A stretch of DNA of 64,000 nucleotides, taken from Rhynchobatus australiae. Lineage: Eukaryota. Positions 47,845-60,945 of the stretch are shown here, piece after piece. Every line of letters starts with the position of its first letter. The stretch's first letter is position 1. The notes beneath the pieces were generated by a model, which was not told the DNA's origin, made no database searches, and worked only from the letters and a program-made list of their open reading frames with translations. A program made the translations under genes and the position numbers. The stretch is taken from NCBI GenBank assembly GCA_034780895.1, contig JAUZTB010003499.1, positions 62,001-126,000 of the forward strand, in the 5' to 3' direction.

Positions 47845-49072
47845 TTAAGCGACTAAATTCCCTTGTTGATCAAAAACTAATAAATCACTTTCTTGATAAT
47901 TGATTTCTACTTTTGTATGAAGTGGAAATTTTTTTTCTAAAGTGACAGCCACTATTGTTCGTTTTCAAGCTTCGACCCAAAGATAATTAAAAACTAAATT
48001 ACCGTTAGTTTCTTGATTAGTGATGATATTAGGACTTTGCAAATTAAGTTTTAACCGTACTTGATTAGGGTGTAGATAGTATTGATAAGTGCCTTTTTGA
48101 TAAAGAAAATTAATTTCAGGATTAGCAATAAATTGCGCTACAAAAAGATTTTGTGGTTTTTTAAAAAGTTCGCTTGGACTTCCGCTTTGTACAATTTTGC
48201 CTTCTTTCATTAAAACAACAAAATCACTAATTAACATCGCATCATTTTGATTATGAGTAATAAAAAGCATCGTAATTGCGTATTTTTTTTGTAACTGGCG
48301 CAATTGCTGGCGCGCTTTATCTTTAATTTTGGCATCGAGGGCAGCAAAAGGTTCATCAAAAAAAATTAATTTTGCGCCTTTTATCAAGGCTTTGGCAATG
48401 GCTACTCTTTGCCTTTCGCCTCCCGATAAAGTTGCTGCTTTTTGTTTTAATAATTTATCGAGCTTAAGTTCTAAAGCAATTTTTTGAATTTCTTTTTTAA
48501 TTACTTCACGAAAATTTAAGCTTTGATAAGCAATTGACAGTTTAGCTTTTGTTTTAGTTACTAAAAAGAAAAAAACATGCCATTTTAAAAGTAAAAGTTT
48601 TGCTCTTAAAAATGTTACTGAACTTCAAGCTGCTTTTGGCTTTGTCGCTAGCTTTTTTAAAATTGCTTGTAAGCTTTCTGTACTTTTAATTAATTTCGTT
48701 TTTTTTAAATTCGTAGTTTGTAAAGCTTTTTTAATTAAGTTTAAAGTCGTTTTTTCTTTTCATCAAGGAGCATTTTTGAGCGATAAGTAAATGTTTTGGG
48801 AAACGCTAGCTTGTTCATACAATAAAGCGTTTTGAAAAACAAAACCAAAATTTGTTTTTAAAGCGGCTGGCTCAATTTTAATAGAGCCTTTTTGTGCCTT
48901 TAAAAAGCCGGCCATAAAATTTAGTAAAGTCGTTTTTCCTGGCTCCTGAAGGTCCTAAAATACTAATCATTTTACCTCGCGGTAATTCTAAATGAAGATC
49001 ATCCAAAATTAAAGTTTTGCCAATTTTTAAACTAACGTTTTGTAAAATTATGGCTTTTTCTGACTTTGACAT
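47845..49072 (-). pseudogene. MalK/PotA-type ABC ATP-binding protein with +1 frameshift in Walker A (~48940), possibly an assembly error
   Basis: LGPSGA then, one base on, GKTTLL; FVFQN, LSGGERQRVA, FFDEPFAALD, FITHNQ, P.NLFVAQFI. Confidence 0.75.
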
Positions 49073-49198
49073 GACAAACATTATAATTTCATTTAGTAAT
49101 TTCTGCAAAGATAATTGAAAAAACTCAAAAAAAAGCGAAAAAGCAAAAAGCGAAAACTTCTAAAGAAAAACTAAAGCGCAAAGTTTTATAATTAATTT

Positions 49199-50446
49199 AT
49201 GAGTAATAAAGTAATTTATCATATTGATATTGATTCTTTTTTTGTTAGCGTGGAAAGAACCAAAAATCCGCAATTACACAATTTACCTATCGTTATTGCC
49301 CGTGATCATAAACGCGCAATAGTCGTTACCGCTAGTTATGAAGCACGCGCTTTAGGCATTAAAACGGGAATGCCCCTTTATCAAGCGAAAAAATTAGTGC
49401 CAAATTTAAAAGCAATCAGTCCTAATATGAATCTTTACAACCAAATGAGCAGTCAAATTTTTGATTATATTGCCGAAACTAATTTACCGATGCAAGTTTA
49501 TTCAATTGATGAGTGTTTTTTAGACATTACTAGTTACACAAAAAAAGAAGCTAATTTAAAATTTTTAGCTAAAAAATTACAAAAAGACATTTTAAGAATT
49601 TTTAATATTCCCATCTCTATTGGCATTGGCCACAATTTATTTAATGCTAAAATGTCAACTGCGCTAAACAAACCTTTTGGCATTACTTTAACTAAACCTT
49701 GAGAATTTGCCAAACATTTTCATAACTTAGAAATTACTAAGTTTTTTGGCATTGGTAAAGGTTTAGAAAAAGTTTTTGCGGAAGCTAAAGTGAAAACAAT
49801 TGGTGATTTTTGTACTAATAAAAATCTTTTTCCTTATTTTAAAAGCCATTTTGGCGTCCGTTTTCAAGAATTATTAAACAATTGCCACGGTTTAAGTTCT
49901 GATTTCGTTGATGATAATTACAATCGTTTAAAAGGAATTGGAAATTCGCTTACTTTTATTGGCCCTGATTTAAATGAATACGCTGAAATCATTAAAGAAA
50001 TTAAAAAACTTTTAGATAAATCCTGAAAACGTCTTCACAATCGCGCCTTAATCGCTTCTAATTTAACTATTAGTTTAAGATTAAAATCAAGAAAATGAGT
50101 TTCCACACAAAAGCAATACAAAGAAGCCATTTTATCAAAAGAAGAAGCTTTGCAAGAGTTTATTAAAATTTTTCAAAATTTCTGAGATTTACAACCTTTG
50201 CGCGGCGTTGGCATTCGTTTTTCCAAACTCGTTAATAAATATCACTATCAACAAAACGAGCGCCTTTTTGCTACTAATCGTTTCCTTTTGGAAAAAGCGC
50301 AGCGTTCTTTAATTTTAGAACTAAATCGTAAATTTACAAACCAACCTTTTCTAACTTTAAAAGAACTTGAAGAAAACCAAAGTCGCAATAAAAAACAATC
50401 GCGCTATTTAATGCGTGATCATATTTTTAAAGTTGATGGTGATTAA
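49199..50446 (+). CDS. dinB: Y-family DNA polymerase IV
   Basis: HIDIDSFF, ASYEARALGIKTGMP, SIDECFLD, KPFG, FGIGK. Confidence 0.92.
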
Positions 50447-53059
50447 TTAGTAATTGTAATCGTTAATACCCGGAAAAGATTGCTCTTCCACTTTACCGGA
50501 AGCTCAAAAATTGCTCGTTTTGCGGCGGCGAATGCCTTTTTGACGAAGGTTTTCTAATACTACTCATAAATAAGAAGCAATAAAAATTGAAGAGTAAGCG
50601 CCCGCAGTCAGTCCGGCTAACATGGCAATATTAAAAGAAAGTTCGGTAGCATTATTAAAAACTAAAAGTACTAAAATCGTTAACATCGTCGTTACAGTCG
50701 TTAGGATTGATCTTTTTAAAGTTTGCGCTACTGCTTGGTTAGCAATTCTTTCAATCGTTAAATAATCAAATTTTTGATGGTAATACTGATTGTGTAAAAT
50801 TTCGCGCACGCGGCTAAAAATAACGATGGTATCGTTAATTGAATAACCAATAATGGAAAGTAAAGCGGCAATAAAAATTGGTGAAACGACTAATCTAGTA
50901 ATAATAAAAAAGACAATCACAAAAATAATATCGTGCACTAAAGCAATCACAGCGGCAACCGAAAAAGTTCAGTTTAAGCGCACTAAAGTGTAAATGACAA
51001 CGCCTAAAGTAGCTATAGAAACGGCTAAAAGTGCATTTAAAACTAACTGCTGCGCTTCGCGCGAAGTTACAAAAGTAATCTCAGTAGTAATTGGTGTCAC
51101 GCCACTAACGCTTAAATTACGCAAAATTTTTAATTGGCTCTCATCAAAAGTTTGCGGCGTGTTTAAAATGGTGATGAATTCAGTAGCAGCTGCATTTTGC
51201 GGCGCCAAACGAATTAGTTCAGAGCCATTATTGATAAAGCCTAAATCGACTAAAGCTAATTTAAGTTTTTGCGCTTCTTCAAAAGTATAAAAAGACTGCT
51301 GACTGCTGGAAGGAGCATAAACAATATTAGTTCCCCCTTGAAATTCTATCGATCTAGCAAAGCCAGCGCCTAAAGATTGATTGATGCCAGCAAAAACGCT
51401 ATAAACAACTAAGCCAATAAAAAAGGTAAGTAGCGATCCTAAAATAAATCATTTAGCGTTTTTCATGTAATTAAAATTGTAATATTTTTGGCTTTCAGGA
51501 CGGTTTTGTAAAAATTTTTGCTTGACGCCGAGTAAATAAAGACGCTTTTTAAAAAGTCCCATATCGACTAGTAAAGTAGTCAGTGCGCGCGAAAAAAGGA
51601 GCATAATTATTAAAGTAAAAATAACGCTTAAAAATAAAGTAATGCTAAAGCCACGAATGCTGCGGGTGCCAAAAAAGAATAAAATGGTAGCAACAATTAA
51701 AGTCGTAATATTAGCATCAATGATCGAACTTAAAGAATTCTTATTGGAGACTTTATGCGCCTTTTTGAGCGTATCGCCAGAGCGCAATTGGTTTTTGAGC
51801 CTTTCAAAAGTAATAATATTAGTATCTACGCTAATACCGATGCCAATTACTAAAGCGGCAATTGTCGCTGGGGAATATTCGCCTCTTAAAGCAGAAAAAA
51901 CTAAGAGCGTAAAGAAAACGTATAAAGCGACTGATAAACTCGTCACTAATCCTAAAACGCCATACTGAAAAATCATAAAAGCAGCAATTAAGGCAAAACC
52001 GATACTGCCAGCGAGTAAGGCGTTATTAAAAGCATTATTACCTAAAGTAGGCGAAATAAAAACTGAAGATAAAAGCTCAATTTGGTAAGGAGCAACACCA
52101 AAATTAACGTCTAAAGCTAACTGTTGCGCTTCTTCGGTAGTAAAATTGCCTTGAATAATAAATTTTTCGCCATTTAAAGGCTGCTGCACTTGTGCTTGCG
52201 AAACTAAAAAATCACGCGCTCTTAAATTGTGCGTTTTTAAACTATTCGCACGCGTCATGGGCTGGTTATTGTTAGGATCAAAAGAAATTTCAAAAGGACG
52301 GTTATTAACGAAGGCAAAATTGTAAGGGTTATACTGGGCACTAGCTCAGTCTTGAGCGTTAATTGCTAAATTTGCTTGTTCTATATAACCTTTTAAATCG
52401 AGTCACATTAAAAGGCGATTACGATTATTAGTCATTTTTGAAACAAAAGTAGTAGCCCGCGTTCATTCGCTTTGCGCATCTAAATTTAATAAAGCAAGTT
52501 CCACAATGGCGGTGCCATCGTTTTGTCCTAAACGGGCAATTGCTGAATCAGGCAATAAAGGGGCAACATAAGCATCAAAATCGATATTTTCCGGATTTTG
52601 ATAATTTAGTCTAATTTGCGGATCAAAAACGCCGTTACGAAATAAAGGATTGCCACTAATATCGGTTAAGATTAAATTCGGTTTATTAACGATTAAAGTT
52701 TCAAATTGGCTTTTTTCTAAATCGCTACTAATGCCATTACGCGTGACATTAATTCGTCCATTACTTTCAAAAGAGACGCTACTACCATTAACGCCAGCAC
52801 CGCCAGTTAAGCGGCTAAATAAAGAATCAGAAACTTGACTAGCTAATCGATCATCGGCAATTGCTTTTGTTCTGGAATCACTAACTTGAACTAATGCGCT
52901 AACTCCACCGCCATATTCAATTGATTTATTAAAATTATTTGCAATATAAAAACGTGAACCTAAAACAATTGCTAAAATGACAGAAACGATGCTAAGAAAA
53001 AAAATTCAAAAGCGTTTTCTAAAATTAAGCGTAAATAAGCGTTTTAATTTGCGTTTCAT
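50447..53059 (-). CDS. secDF: Fused protein translocase SecDF
   Basis: SIEYGGG, ISPTLG, GISVDTNIITFER, IIDANITT, IGYSINDTIVIFSRVRE, GAYSSIFIA. Confidence 0.93.
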
Positions 53060-53108
53060 AAATGACCTACTGATAAAGAACATTTTACACTAAAACAATT
53101 AGTGATTG

Positions 53109-54062
53109 TTAATTTTGACAAAGAAGCTGCTGGCAATACTGCAGCCCTAAAGAAGAAAGTTGTCGTCCTTGTGAGTTTTTGAAAATTAATTTATACTGTA
53201 TTAATAAAGGTTCAATTTCATTGTAAATTTTGTCACGATTTTCATGCAGTAAATTACTCAAAACACCTAGCGAAACGCTGCGTTTTTGAAAATTGTTTTT
53301 TAAGATGCACAAATAACGCGCATGGTCTTCATTAAGGCCGTACTGATAAAGCCCTAAATTTTGAAAAATTTTCAAAATTGAGTGTTTCTTTAAAGTTTTT
53401 TTCTCTTCACAAAAAGCGAATTCAGCAATTCTTCTAATTAAATGATGAATGATGCGCGGTGTTCTTTGTGCATAAGAAACGACTAAACGTAAAGACTCTT
53501 CATCAATTTCTAAATTTGCTTTTTTTAAAAGTTGGGCGCCAATTTTTTCTAAATCTTGATCACTATAAGAGTCTAAATTAGCAATAAAACCAAAACGATC
53601 TTTTAAAGGCTTCGGAATTCTTTCAATTCTAGTGGTCGCCGCGACTAAAGTAAAAGGTTTAATTTTCAAACGCACAATTTTAGAATTAGCCTCAGCACCA
53701 ATAATAATATCAAGCACAAAATCTTCCATAATTGAGTAAATTAACTCTTCGATAGTTTTAGGTAAACTATGAAACTCATCAATAAATAAGATCTCATGAG
53801 TTTGTAAATTACTCAATATCGAAATAAGATCAACCTTTTTTTCTAATCACGAAGCTTGAATGTATTTAATGGGCCGCTTCGCTTCATTAGCTACGATCGT
53901 AGCAAGCGTTGTTTTACCGGTTCCAGCAGGGCCATGAAAAAGAATGTGATCGATCTGGCGCGCTTCTAAAAGTGCTGAGTGGATCATTACTTTTAAAGTT
54001 TTTTTAATCTTTTTTTGACCCGTAAAAGTTTTAAATTTTTGCGGTCTATGATTTGAATTCAC
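53109..54062 (-). CDS. ruvB: Holliday junction helicase RuvB
   Basis: HRP..F..FTGQ, GPAGTGKTTLA, LFIDEFH, FTLVAATT, PLKDRFG, TPR. Confidence 0.95.
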
Positions 54063-54645
54063 GATTTTCGGCTAGTAATTTAATCGCGTTTTGAATCATA
54101 ATTTCTAAATCGTCTTCAGGCACGTTTTCAATTGCGTATTCAATTTGTTTGTGTTTATAGCCTAGCACTTTTAAAGACTGGGAAAAATCTTTAGCTAAAG
54201 TTGGCTCTTTATTTACTTCTTGATCAAGATTTAAAAGATTTTCTTTGATTAAGATTGTTTTTCATTTTCTACTTAATTCAAAAACGATATTACGGGCTAT
54301 TCTTTCGCTGCAATAAGGATAAGCACTAATTTCTTGACTCTTTTCTAAAGCGATCAAGCGTGCTATAGTTTCATAATCGTCTTGTAATAAAATCATGGCA
54401 ATTTTAGGTCCAATACCGTTAATCATTAATAAATCACTAAAAAGGAGTCTTTCTTTATAACGTCGAAAACCGTAATATTTAACTTGATTTTCGTATTGGT
54501 ACTCATGAATAAAGAGTTTTGTGTTTTCCCCTAAGCGAAACCTTTTGCTATTAGCAACGTTAATTTGAAAACCGTTACCGTTATTTTCTAAGATAATATA
54601 GTTTTTTCCAATGTAAGGGATTTTTCCGAATTTATACAATAACAT
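54046..54645 (-). CDS. ruvA: Holliday junction binding protein RuvA
   Basis: ENNGNGFQI, YGF, LLMINGIGPKIA, L.VLGY domain III; overlaps ruvB. Confidence 0.92.
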
Positions 54646-54794
54646 TTTTCCTCCGCTCTTACTTTGCCTCAAAAATTAGCAAAGTTTTTAAAATTAGGAA
54701 AAAGAAAGGAAAAAAGGGCTTTAATATTACTATTAAGCAATATTTAAGCTTTAAAACTAATTAAAAATAAAAAAAGCTCAAATTCTTTGAGCTT

Positions 54795-54980
54795 TTAGTG
54801 ATTACGATTAGGAGTATAAGAACGCCCTTTATAGTAGCCACAAAATTTGCAAACCTGGTGAGGCAAAATTTGTTTTGAACAAGATTTACAAACCGTTAGC
54901 GTCGCCACTTCTAGAGCGTGATGGGAACGACGATTACGTTTACGTTGCTTTGAAGTTTTACGCTTAGGAACGATTGCCAT
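54795..54980 (-). CDS. rpmF: 50S ribosomal protein L32 (Zn-ribbon form)
   Basis: MAIVPKRKTSKQRKR.RRSH, CKSC...CKFCGYY. Confidence 0.97.
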   Translation of the reverse strand: MAIVPKRKTSKQRKRNRRSHHALEVATLTVCKSCSKQILPHQVCKFCGYYKGRSYTPNRNH

Positions 54981-55244
54981 TTTGACCTCCTCACATTAAT
55001 ATCTTTTATTATACTTAAGTTTTAAAGCTTCAAATAAAATATTTTGCAATTTAGTTTTTGCTTTTGAAACTGAAAAACTTTACTAAGCTTTTAGTTTAAA
55101 AAAAGGCAAAATTTTGCTTATCAAAAAACTTTTTTATAATTTTTTTAAAATTTACTAAAAGCGAAACTTTTTTTTAAGGAAAAATAGTGTTTTGTCCTAT
55201 GATTTGTATATTACAAGCATAAATTAAAAGTTTTAAGGAAAATT

Positions 55245-57143
55245 ATGAAATGGAAAAAAAATTTATTATTAAGTAGTTTCAGTTTTTTGGCGCTGATAAG
55301 CACAGTTGGCTGCCAAAGCCAAGCTGAAAACTTAGCCAGCGGTAAAAAGCTTGAGGAAGTGCTTCTTAGTACTAACCAAACGCGCGTTTACCCTTTAGTG
55401 CAAGCTTTGCGTAAATTAGTACCTTTATACAATCGCCTTCACCAAAACGATGCTGATTTTTTAAAAGTTACTTTAGAAACGGGTGATGATAATTCGCTTT
55501 ATAGTTCCGAGGCTACTTTAACTAATGTGATTGCTAATCGTTTTGAAATTTTAAAGGCTAATCCGCAAGCGCAAGAAATTATTCCTAATTTAATAATTGG
55601 CTCACCGACTAATGCCTATGCCCTTAATGCCTACCGACGCATTTTAGATTTAGATACTTCGAAAATTAAGCGTTCCTTATTTAATGAAAAAATTGTCGCT
55701 GAGCGTAATATTTTGTCTGGGGCTAAAAGAGACGATGATAATTTGTTTAGCATTCCTTTTGATTTAACTAATACTGACTCTTTAGTTTTTAATTTAGAAA
55801 TTATGGCCAAAATTTTTGCAACAGTTGAAAAAGGCGGCGGCAGAGTCGATCATCAAAGTCAAATTTACCAAAAAGCTCAAGCCGCTGCGCAAGAAGGAGT
55901 AGGCCATCGCTTACCTAAAACTAAAGCTTGAGCTAATATTGAGCCTAAAAGCAAAAGCATTTTTCATAATTTAGTAATTAATGATGATACTTTTTCTACT
56001 ATTGAAGCGATTTATCGCTTCAGTAGCGATCTTTATCAAGGTTTAAAATTTAATACTGACAATATTACTGAGCCTACTAGCGCCACCGTTTTAGCAATTG
56101 ATTACCAAGAAGACGTTTTCAAAAAACATTTAGCTAGTTTAATTAACGATCCTCAAAGTCAAACTTTTAAATATTTATGGTCTTTAAAAGCTAATAGCCA
56201 AAATCAAGATTTATCAAAAACGATTAATTTTGATTTTTTAAAAGATCAAGCTTTGACAGCAAAACTAAAAGATCTTTTTGAACTTTATAAAAAAACGATT
56301 AAGCAAAAAGTAATTAAAAAGCACCAAGCCAAAAAGCAATTTTTTAAAACTTTAGAGTTTATGTCTAATCAAAACCAATGAGCTTCTTGAAAAATTCGCA
56401 CTTTCGATACTGCCATTGCTTTTGCTGCTGCTGTGGGTGTTAACCAAGCCGCTGATTCTGCTTTAGCGCGCAAGTTTTTTGGTGGTAAAGACCCAGCAAA
56501 AAGCGCTCAAAACTGAAGCGCTTTTGCTGATCTTGACTGAAGAGGGCAAATTTTTCAGGCTAATCAAAAAAGTGCCGCTATTTATGATGAAGGTGGCTCT
56601 TCTCTAGTTGCAATTCGCAGTGGTGATCGTAAACGTGATCAAGCGACACTGAAATTTTTAAATTGACTTTATACAGCTAAAATCGATAGCGACCAAGCTT
56701 TTAATGAAGACGGTTCCCGTCTTTTTTCTCAAGACACTAAAGGCCAAATTAGTGTCGCTTGGGCGATTTTAGAACTCAGTGGTTACATTATGCCGATTAA
56801 GGAACTAGTAAATGAAAAAACTGTTAGTAAAATTAGTACTAAAATTAAAGAGCTTAATAATAGTTTAAAAACTTTAAAACGTAGTGATAAACGTTTTAGT
56901 GATTATGAGGCAAAACGTAACGCTTTGCAAGCAGCTTTAGTTTCGCTAGTTTCACTTTTAAAATTTGTTAGTCCAGAATTAAATCTTTTTAATAGTCGCA
57001 CCCATAACGATGCGCGCGCCTCACAAATTAGTGCTGCTATTAAAAACGATTTACTGAGCCGCACTAATGATAATGGCAAATTAGATCTTGATTCACAAAC
57101 TAGTGTTGACAATCTTAAAAAGATTGCCCAGCGCCAGCGCTAA
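55245..57143 (+). CDS. P68/P80-type (MG185/MG260-like) mycoplasma lipoprotein, putative solute binding
   Basis: Lipobox STVGC; LVPLYN, PNLIIG, EGGSSL, FLNWL, SGYIMP. Confidence 0.7.
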
Positions 57144-57240
57144 AAAAAGTGGCTCTCTTTTCTTTTCTAAGATCTAGTTTTAATTTACTTTTGATGTGTT
57201 AAAATTTAAACGTTATTTATTCAACTTTTAAGGTTTTTCG

Positions 57241-57471
57241 ATGTTAGCCATAATTATACTTTTAGTCATTGTTTCTTTAATTATTATTGTTGTTTCATTA
57301 ATTATGTCGCCTGATTCGAATGGCTTTTCTGGAGCTTTAGTTGGCTCAGGAGATCTTGAGTTGTTTAAATTTTCTAAAGAAAGAGGTTTTAAGAAGTTTA
57401 TAAAATACTTCATGTTAGCTTTAGGTTTTCTCTTAATTCTTTTAGCAATCGTTTTACGAGTTTTTTTATAG
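57241..57471 (+). CDS. secG: Preprotein translocase SecG
   Basis: Two TMs with SPDSNGFSGALVGS.DLELF..SKERG loop; secG-rnr-smpB order. Confidence 0.92.
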   Translation: MLAIIILLVIVSLIIIVVSLIMSPDSNGFSGALVGSGDLELFKFSKERGFKKFIKYFMLALGFLLILLAIVLRVFL

Positions 57472-57483
57472 ACCAAAGAGCAT

Positions 57484-59619
57484 ATGAAAAATCGCGTTTA
57501 TCTTTTTTTAAGTGAACACCCTCAAGTTAATTTCAATTTTGTCGAAATTGCTCGCGCTTTAAAAATTAAACACCAAGACAATTACCTTTTAACACGCGTT
57601 TTAAAAGAGTTGAGCTGAGAAGGCAAAATCGTTTTTAAAAGCAATACTTATCAATTTTTGGCTAAAAGTTTTGCCACTACTGGCACTTTTAAAATGGTTA
57701 ATAAAAACTTTGGCTTTATTCACGAACAAGACGCCACGGCAAGCTATTATGTGAGTAAGGAAAATTTTAATAATAGTTTCGATCAAGATCTTGTCGCTGC
57801 TGATGTTTATCTTGATCGCCAAAATGAGCGTTACTATGCAATTGTCACTAAAGTAATTTCCACACAGCCAAAATTTTTAATTGGCACGATCGTTTTTTTT
57901 AATGGACAAAAACGTTTTCAAGCTTATGAAAAAAAATATCAAGCTTATAAATACTACTGAAAAGATCGTTTCGCTCTTAATAATTACCGCGCTCATGATA
58001 TAGTTAAAACTAAAATTGAAAAAATTGATAATGATAAAGTTACTTTAAGCATTATTAAAAAAATTGGCGAAGCCCAAGATCCTTTAGCACCGCTCGCCAT
58101 TATTTTAGACAATTTTGCCATTCAGCAAAATTGAGATTTAAAACTAAAGCCAGAAATTTTAAAAATTCCACAAACTATAGATAATAAGGAAATTAATAAA
58201 AGGCGCGATTTACGCCAAACACTGATTTTTACTATTGATGGTAAAGACACTAAAGATTTTGATGATGCAATAACGGTAAAAAAACGTAGCGATCATTATC
58301 TTTTAGGCGTTTATATTGCTGATGTGAGTCATTATGTGCGCCCCCAAACGCTTTTAGACGCCGAAGCTTTAAAAAGGGGTACGAGTATTTATTTGCCTGA
58401 TCGGGTCATTCCTATGTTGCCTGAAACTTTAAGTAATGGCATCTGTTCTTTAAATCCTGGTCTTGATCGGCTCGTTTTAGCTTTAGAGATGAAAATAGAT
58501 TTTAGTGGTAAAGTGCTTGAACACGAGCTTTTTGAAGCGGTAATTAATTCCCATTATCGCTTGCTTTACCAAGAAGTTAATCTTTTTTGAGATCAAAAAT
58601 ACTGTTTTTTAGACGCAGCTTTAGTAACGCTTTTAAAAGAGGCACAAACATTGTCAGAGCTTATACAAAATCAAAAAAATGCAGCCGGATATGTCGATTT
58701 TGAAATTGAAGAGAGTAAAGTCGTTTTAGATGCCAAAGGATACACCCAAGCGATTGAAATTGAAAAACGTGGTAATAGTGAAATCATGATAGAAAATTTT
58801 ATGGTGAGCGCTAATGAAACGGTGGCGCAAGCGTTTGTTAAAAAAGCCTTACCGAGCATTTTTCGTGTTCACGAAGCGCCGCCGCGCGAAAATTTAGAAA
58901 ATCTTAATAACGTTTTTCAAGTTTTAGACTTACCTTTAAAAGTGAGTTTTTCCAAAGAGCCTAAAGCTTTTGCCCAAATCGTTAAAAAACTCAAAACTTT
59001 AGAGCGTTTTGATAATTTTAGTAAAATTATGCTTTTAAGAACTTTACCTAAAGCGCTTTATGGAGAGCAAAATTTAGGCCATTTTGGTTTAGCCGCAAAA
59101 GCTTATAGCCACTTTACGAGCCCAATTCGACGTTATCCGGATTTATTATTACACCGCTTAGTTAAAGATTTATTGTTAAAAGATGCCGATTTAGAAACTT
59201 TAGCTTCTTATCGAGAACAAATTCAAGAAATTGCCCAGCAAAGTTCTTTAGCTGAACAAAATGCTGTTAGTATCGAGCGCAAAATTAATGACATTAAAAA
59301 AGCTGAGTATTACCAAAAATATTTAAATGAAGTTTTTAAGGTGCAAATTGTTTCCATTTTACGCTTTGGCATTTTTGTTGAATTTAAAGATAAAACTTCG
59401 GCCATGATCCATCTCAAAAATATTTTTCATGATCAGTTCCAAGCTGATGAAAAAGCTTTAACTTTAAAAGGGAAGCAACTGAGCTATAAACTAGGCGACT
59501 GAATCGAAGCGCGCATTGTTACAATTGACTGAAAAAGAGGCAAAATTGACGCCATTTTTGCCAAAGATTACGATGCTTATCGCGCTTCTTTATTTAACCA
59601 AGGTGCTTTTCGCAGCTAA
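57484..59619 (+). CDS. rnr: Ribonuclease R
   Basis: [44 protein letters not shown]1 domain. Confidence 0.96.
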
Positions 59620-59630
59620 AATAAAGATTT

Positions 59631-60072
59631 ATGAAAATTATTGCTACTTACAAACACGCGCGCAGTAACTATCAAATCTTAGCAACTTATGAAGCCAGGA
59701 ATAGTTTTACAAGGTTGAGAAGTGAAATCTTTAAGACAACACCATCTTTCCTTACAAGGTGCTTTTTGTACTTTTAAAAATCACGAACTTTTTTTAAACA
59801 ACGTTACCATTTCGCAATACATGGCTGTTAGTGCTGATTATGATCGGGCCCGTAAGTTATTATTAAAAAAGGCGCAGCTCAAACGTCTCGAAGTCAAAAT
59901 GCAAGATCAAGGTTTAGTTTTAATTCCTCTCAAAGTTTATTTTCAGTCCAAAAGCTTAATTAAAGTAGAAATTGCCCTTGCTAAGGCCCTCAAAAAACAC
60001 GATAAAAGACAAATTTTAAAAGAAGCGGAAATGAAAAAACGTTTAGCTAAAGCAATAAAAAATTATTCTTAA
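59631..60072 (+). CDS. smpB: SsrA-binding protein with apparent +1 frameshift at ~59695 (probable sequence error)
   Basis: IIATYKHARSNY...YEA then, shifted, GIVLQGWEVKSLR; RKLLL, LIPLKVY, KKHDKR. Confidence 0.9.
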
Positions 60073-60116
60073 ATCTTTTTAAGAATAAGAAAAAAAGTTT
60101 CTCCCTAAAATGAAAC

Positions 60117-60449
60117 TTAGGCCGCTTTAGCTTCGCTAGTTTCTCCTTTAGGATGCATGTTTTTACGGCGAAAATCTTTAGCGCCAGCTAAATTACGGAC
60201 ACGTTCTTTAACAAAAGGAATAAGCGCCATTTGGCGCGCACGTTTAATAGCGCGCACTAACATTCTTTGGCGTTTAGCAGAAACTCCAGTAATTTTTGAA
60301 GGTAAAATTTTGCCATGGGCGTTAATGTATTTTAATAATAAATCAGTGTTTTTATAATCAATATAATTAATGCCTTCAGCATCTAGTTCACTAAGACGCT
60401 TTCGTTTGGCAAAATTTTTGTTGTTTTTTCGTAAGTTTTTATAAGCCAT
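60117..60449 (-). CDS. rpsR: 30S ribosomal protein S18
   Basis: IDYKN..LL.KYI...GKILP..ITG...K.QR....AIKRAR..ALIP. Confidence 0.97.
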   Translation of the reverse strand: MAYKNLRKNNKNFAKRKRLSELDAEGINYIDYKNTDLLLKYINAHGKILPSKITGVSAKRQRMLVRAIKRARQMALIPFVKERVRNLAGAKDFRRKNMHPKGETSEAKAA

Positions 60450-60465
60450 TATTATCCTTTAAAAA

Positions 60466-60909
60466 TTATTCAAGATCATCAAAATTTCAATCAACTTTTT
60501 CTTTTTCTTCTTCAAAAAAAGTTGTTTCTTTTTGTGGTGCTGGCGCTGCGCTTTTTTCCGCAAAAGCAGTTTTTAAAGTCTCAGTTTGTGTAAAGTCGTT
60601 GCGACGTTCTAAGTTTCTAATTTGAAAGCCATTAACATTAAGGGTATAAACTGTTTGACCTTCTTTATTAAGATAAGAACCACTTTCAATTGAACCGCTA
60701 ACAGAAACTAAAAAGCCTTTTTTTAAATAACTTAAAGCGTAATTAGCGCTTTGGCGCCACACAGTGATAGGAATAAAATCAGTACTTTTTTGCTGCGTAT
60801 TAAAAATGCGATCAATAGCAATAGTAAAGCGGGCGTATTGAATTCCTGAATTAGTGCTTCCCCCTACTGGGTCTTTGGTTAATCTTCCTATTAAAGAGAC
60901 GCTATTCAT
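60466..60909 (-). CDS. ssb: Single-stranded DNA-binding protein
   Basis: MNSVSLIGRLTKDP, TDFI..TVW, KKG.LV.VSG; acidic tail WNFDDLE*. Confidence 0.95.
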
Positions 60910-60945
60910 AATCGGGTTTCCTTAGATCTTGATAATTACTTTTAA

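Noticed and set aside
294-60909. Apparent mass pseudogenisation (parC, ileS, polC, rnr and others split into pieces)
   Set aside because: Breaks are in-frame TGA at conserved Trp positions (e.g. QLWETT, GWDTHG): genetic code 4, not decay or selenocysteine
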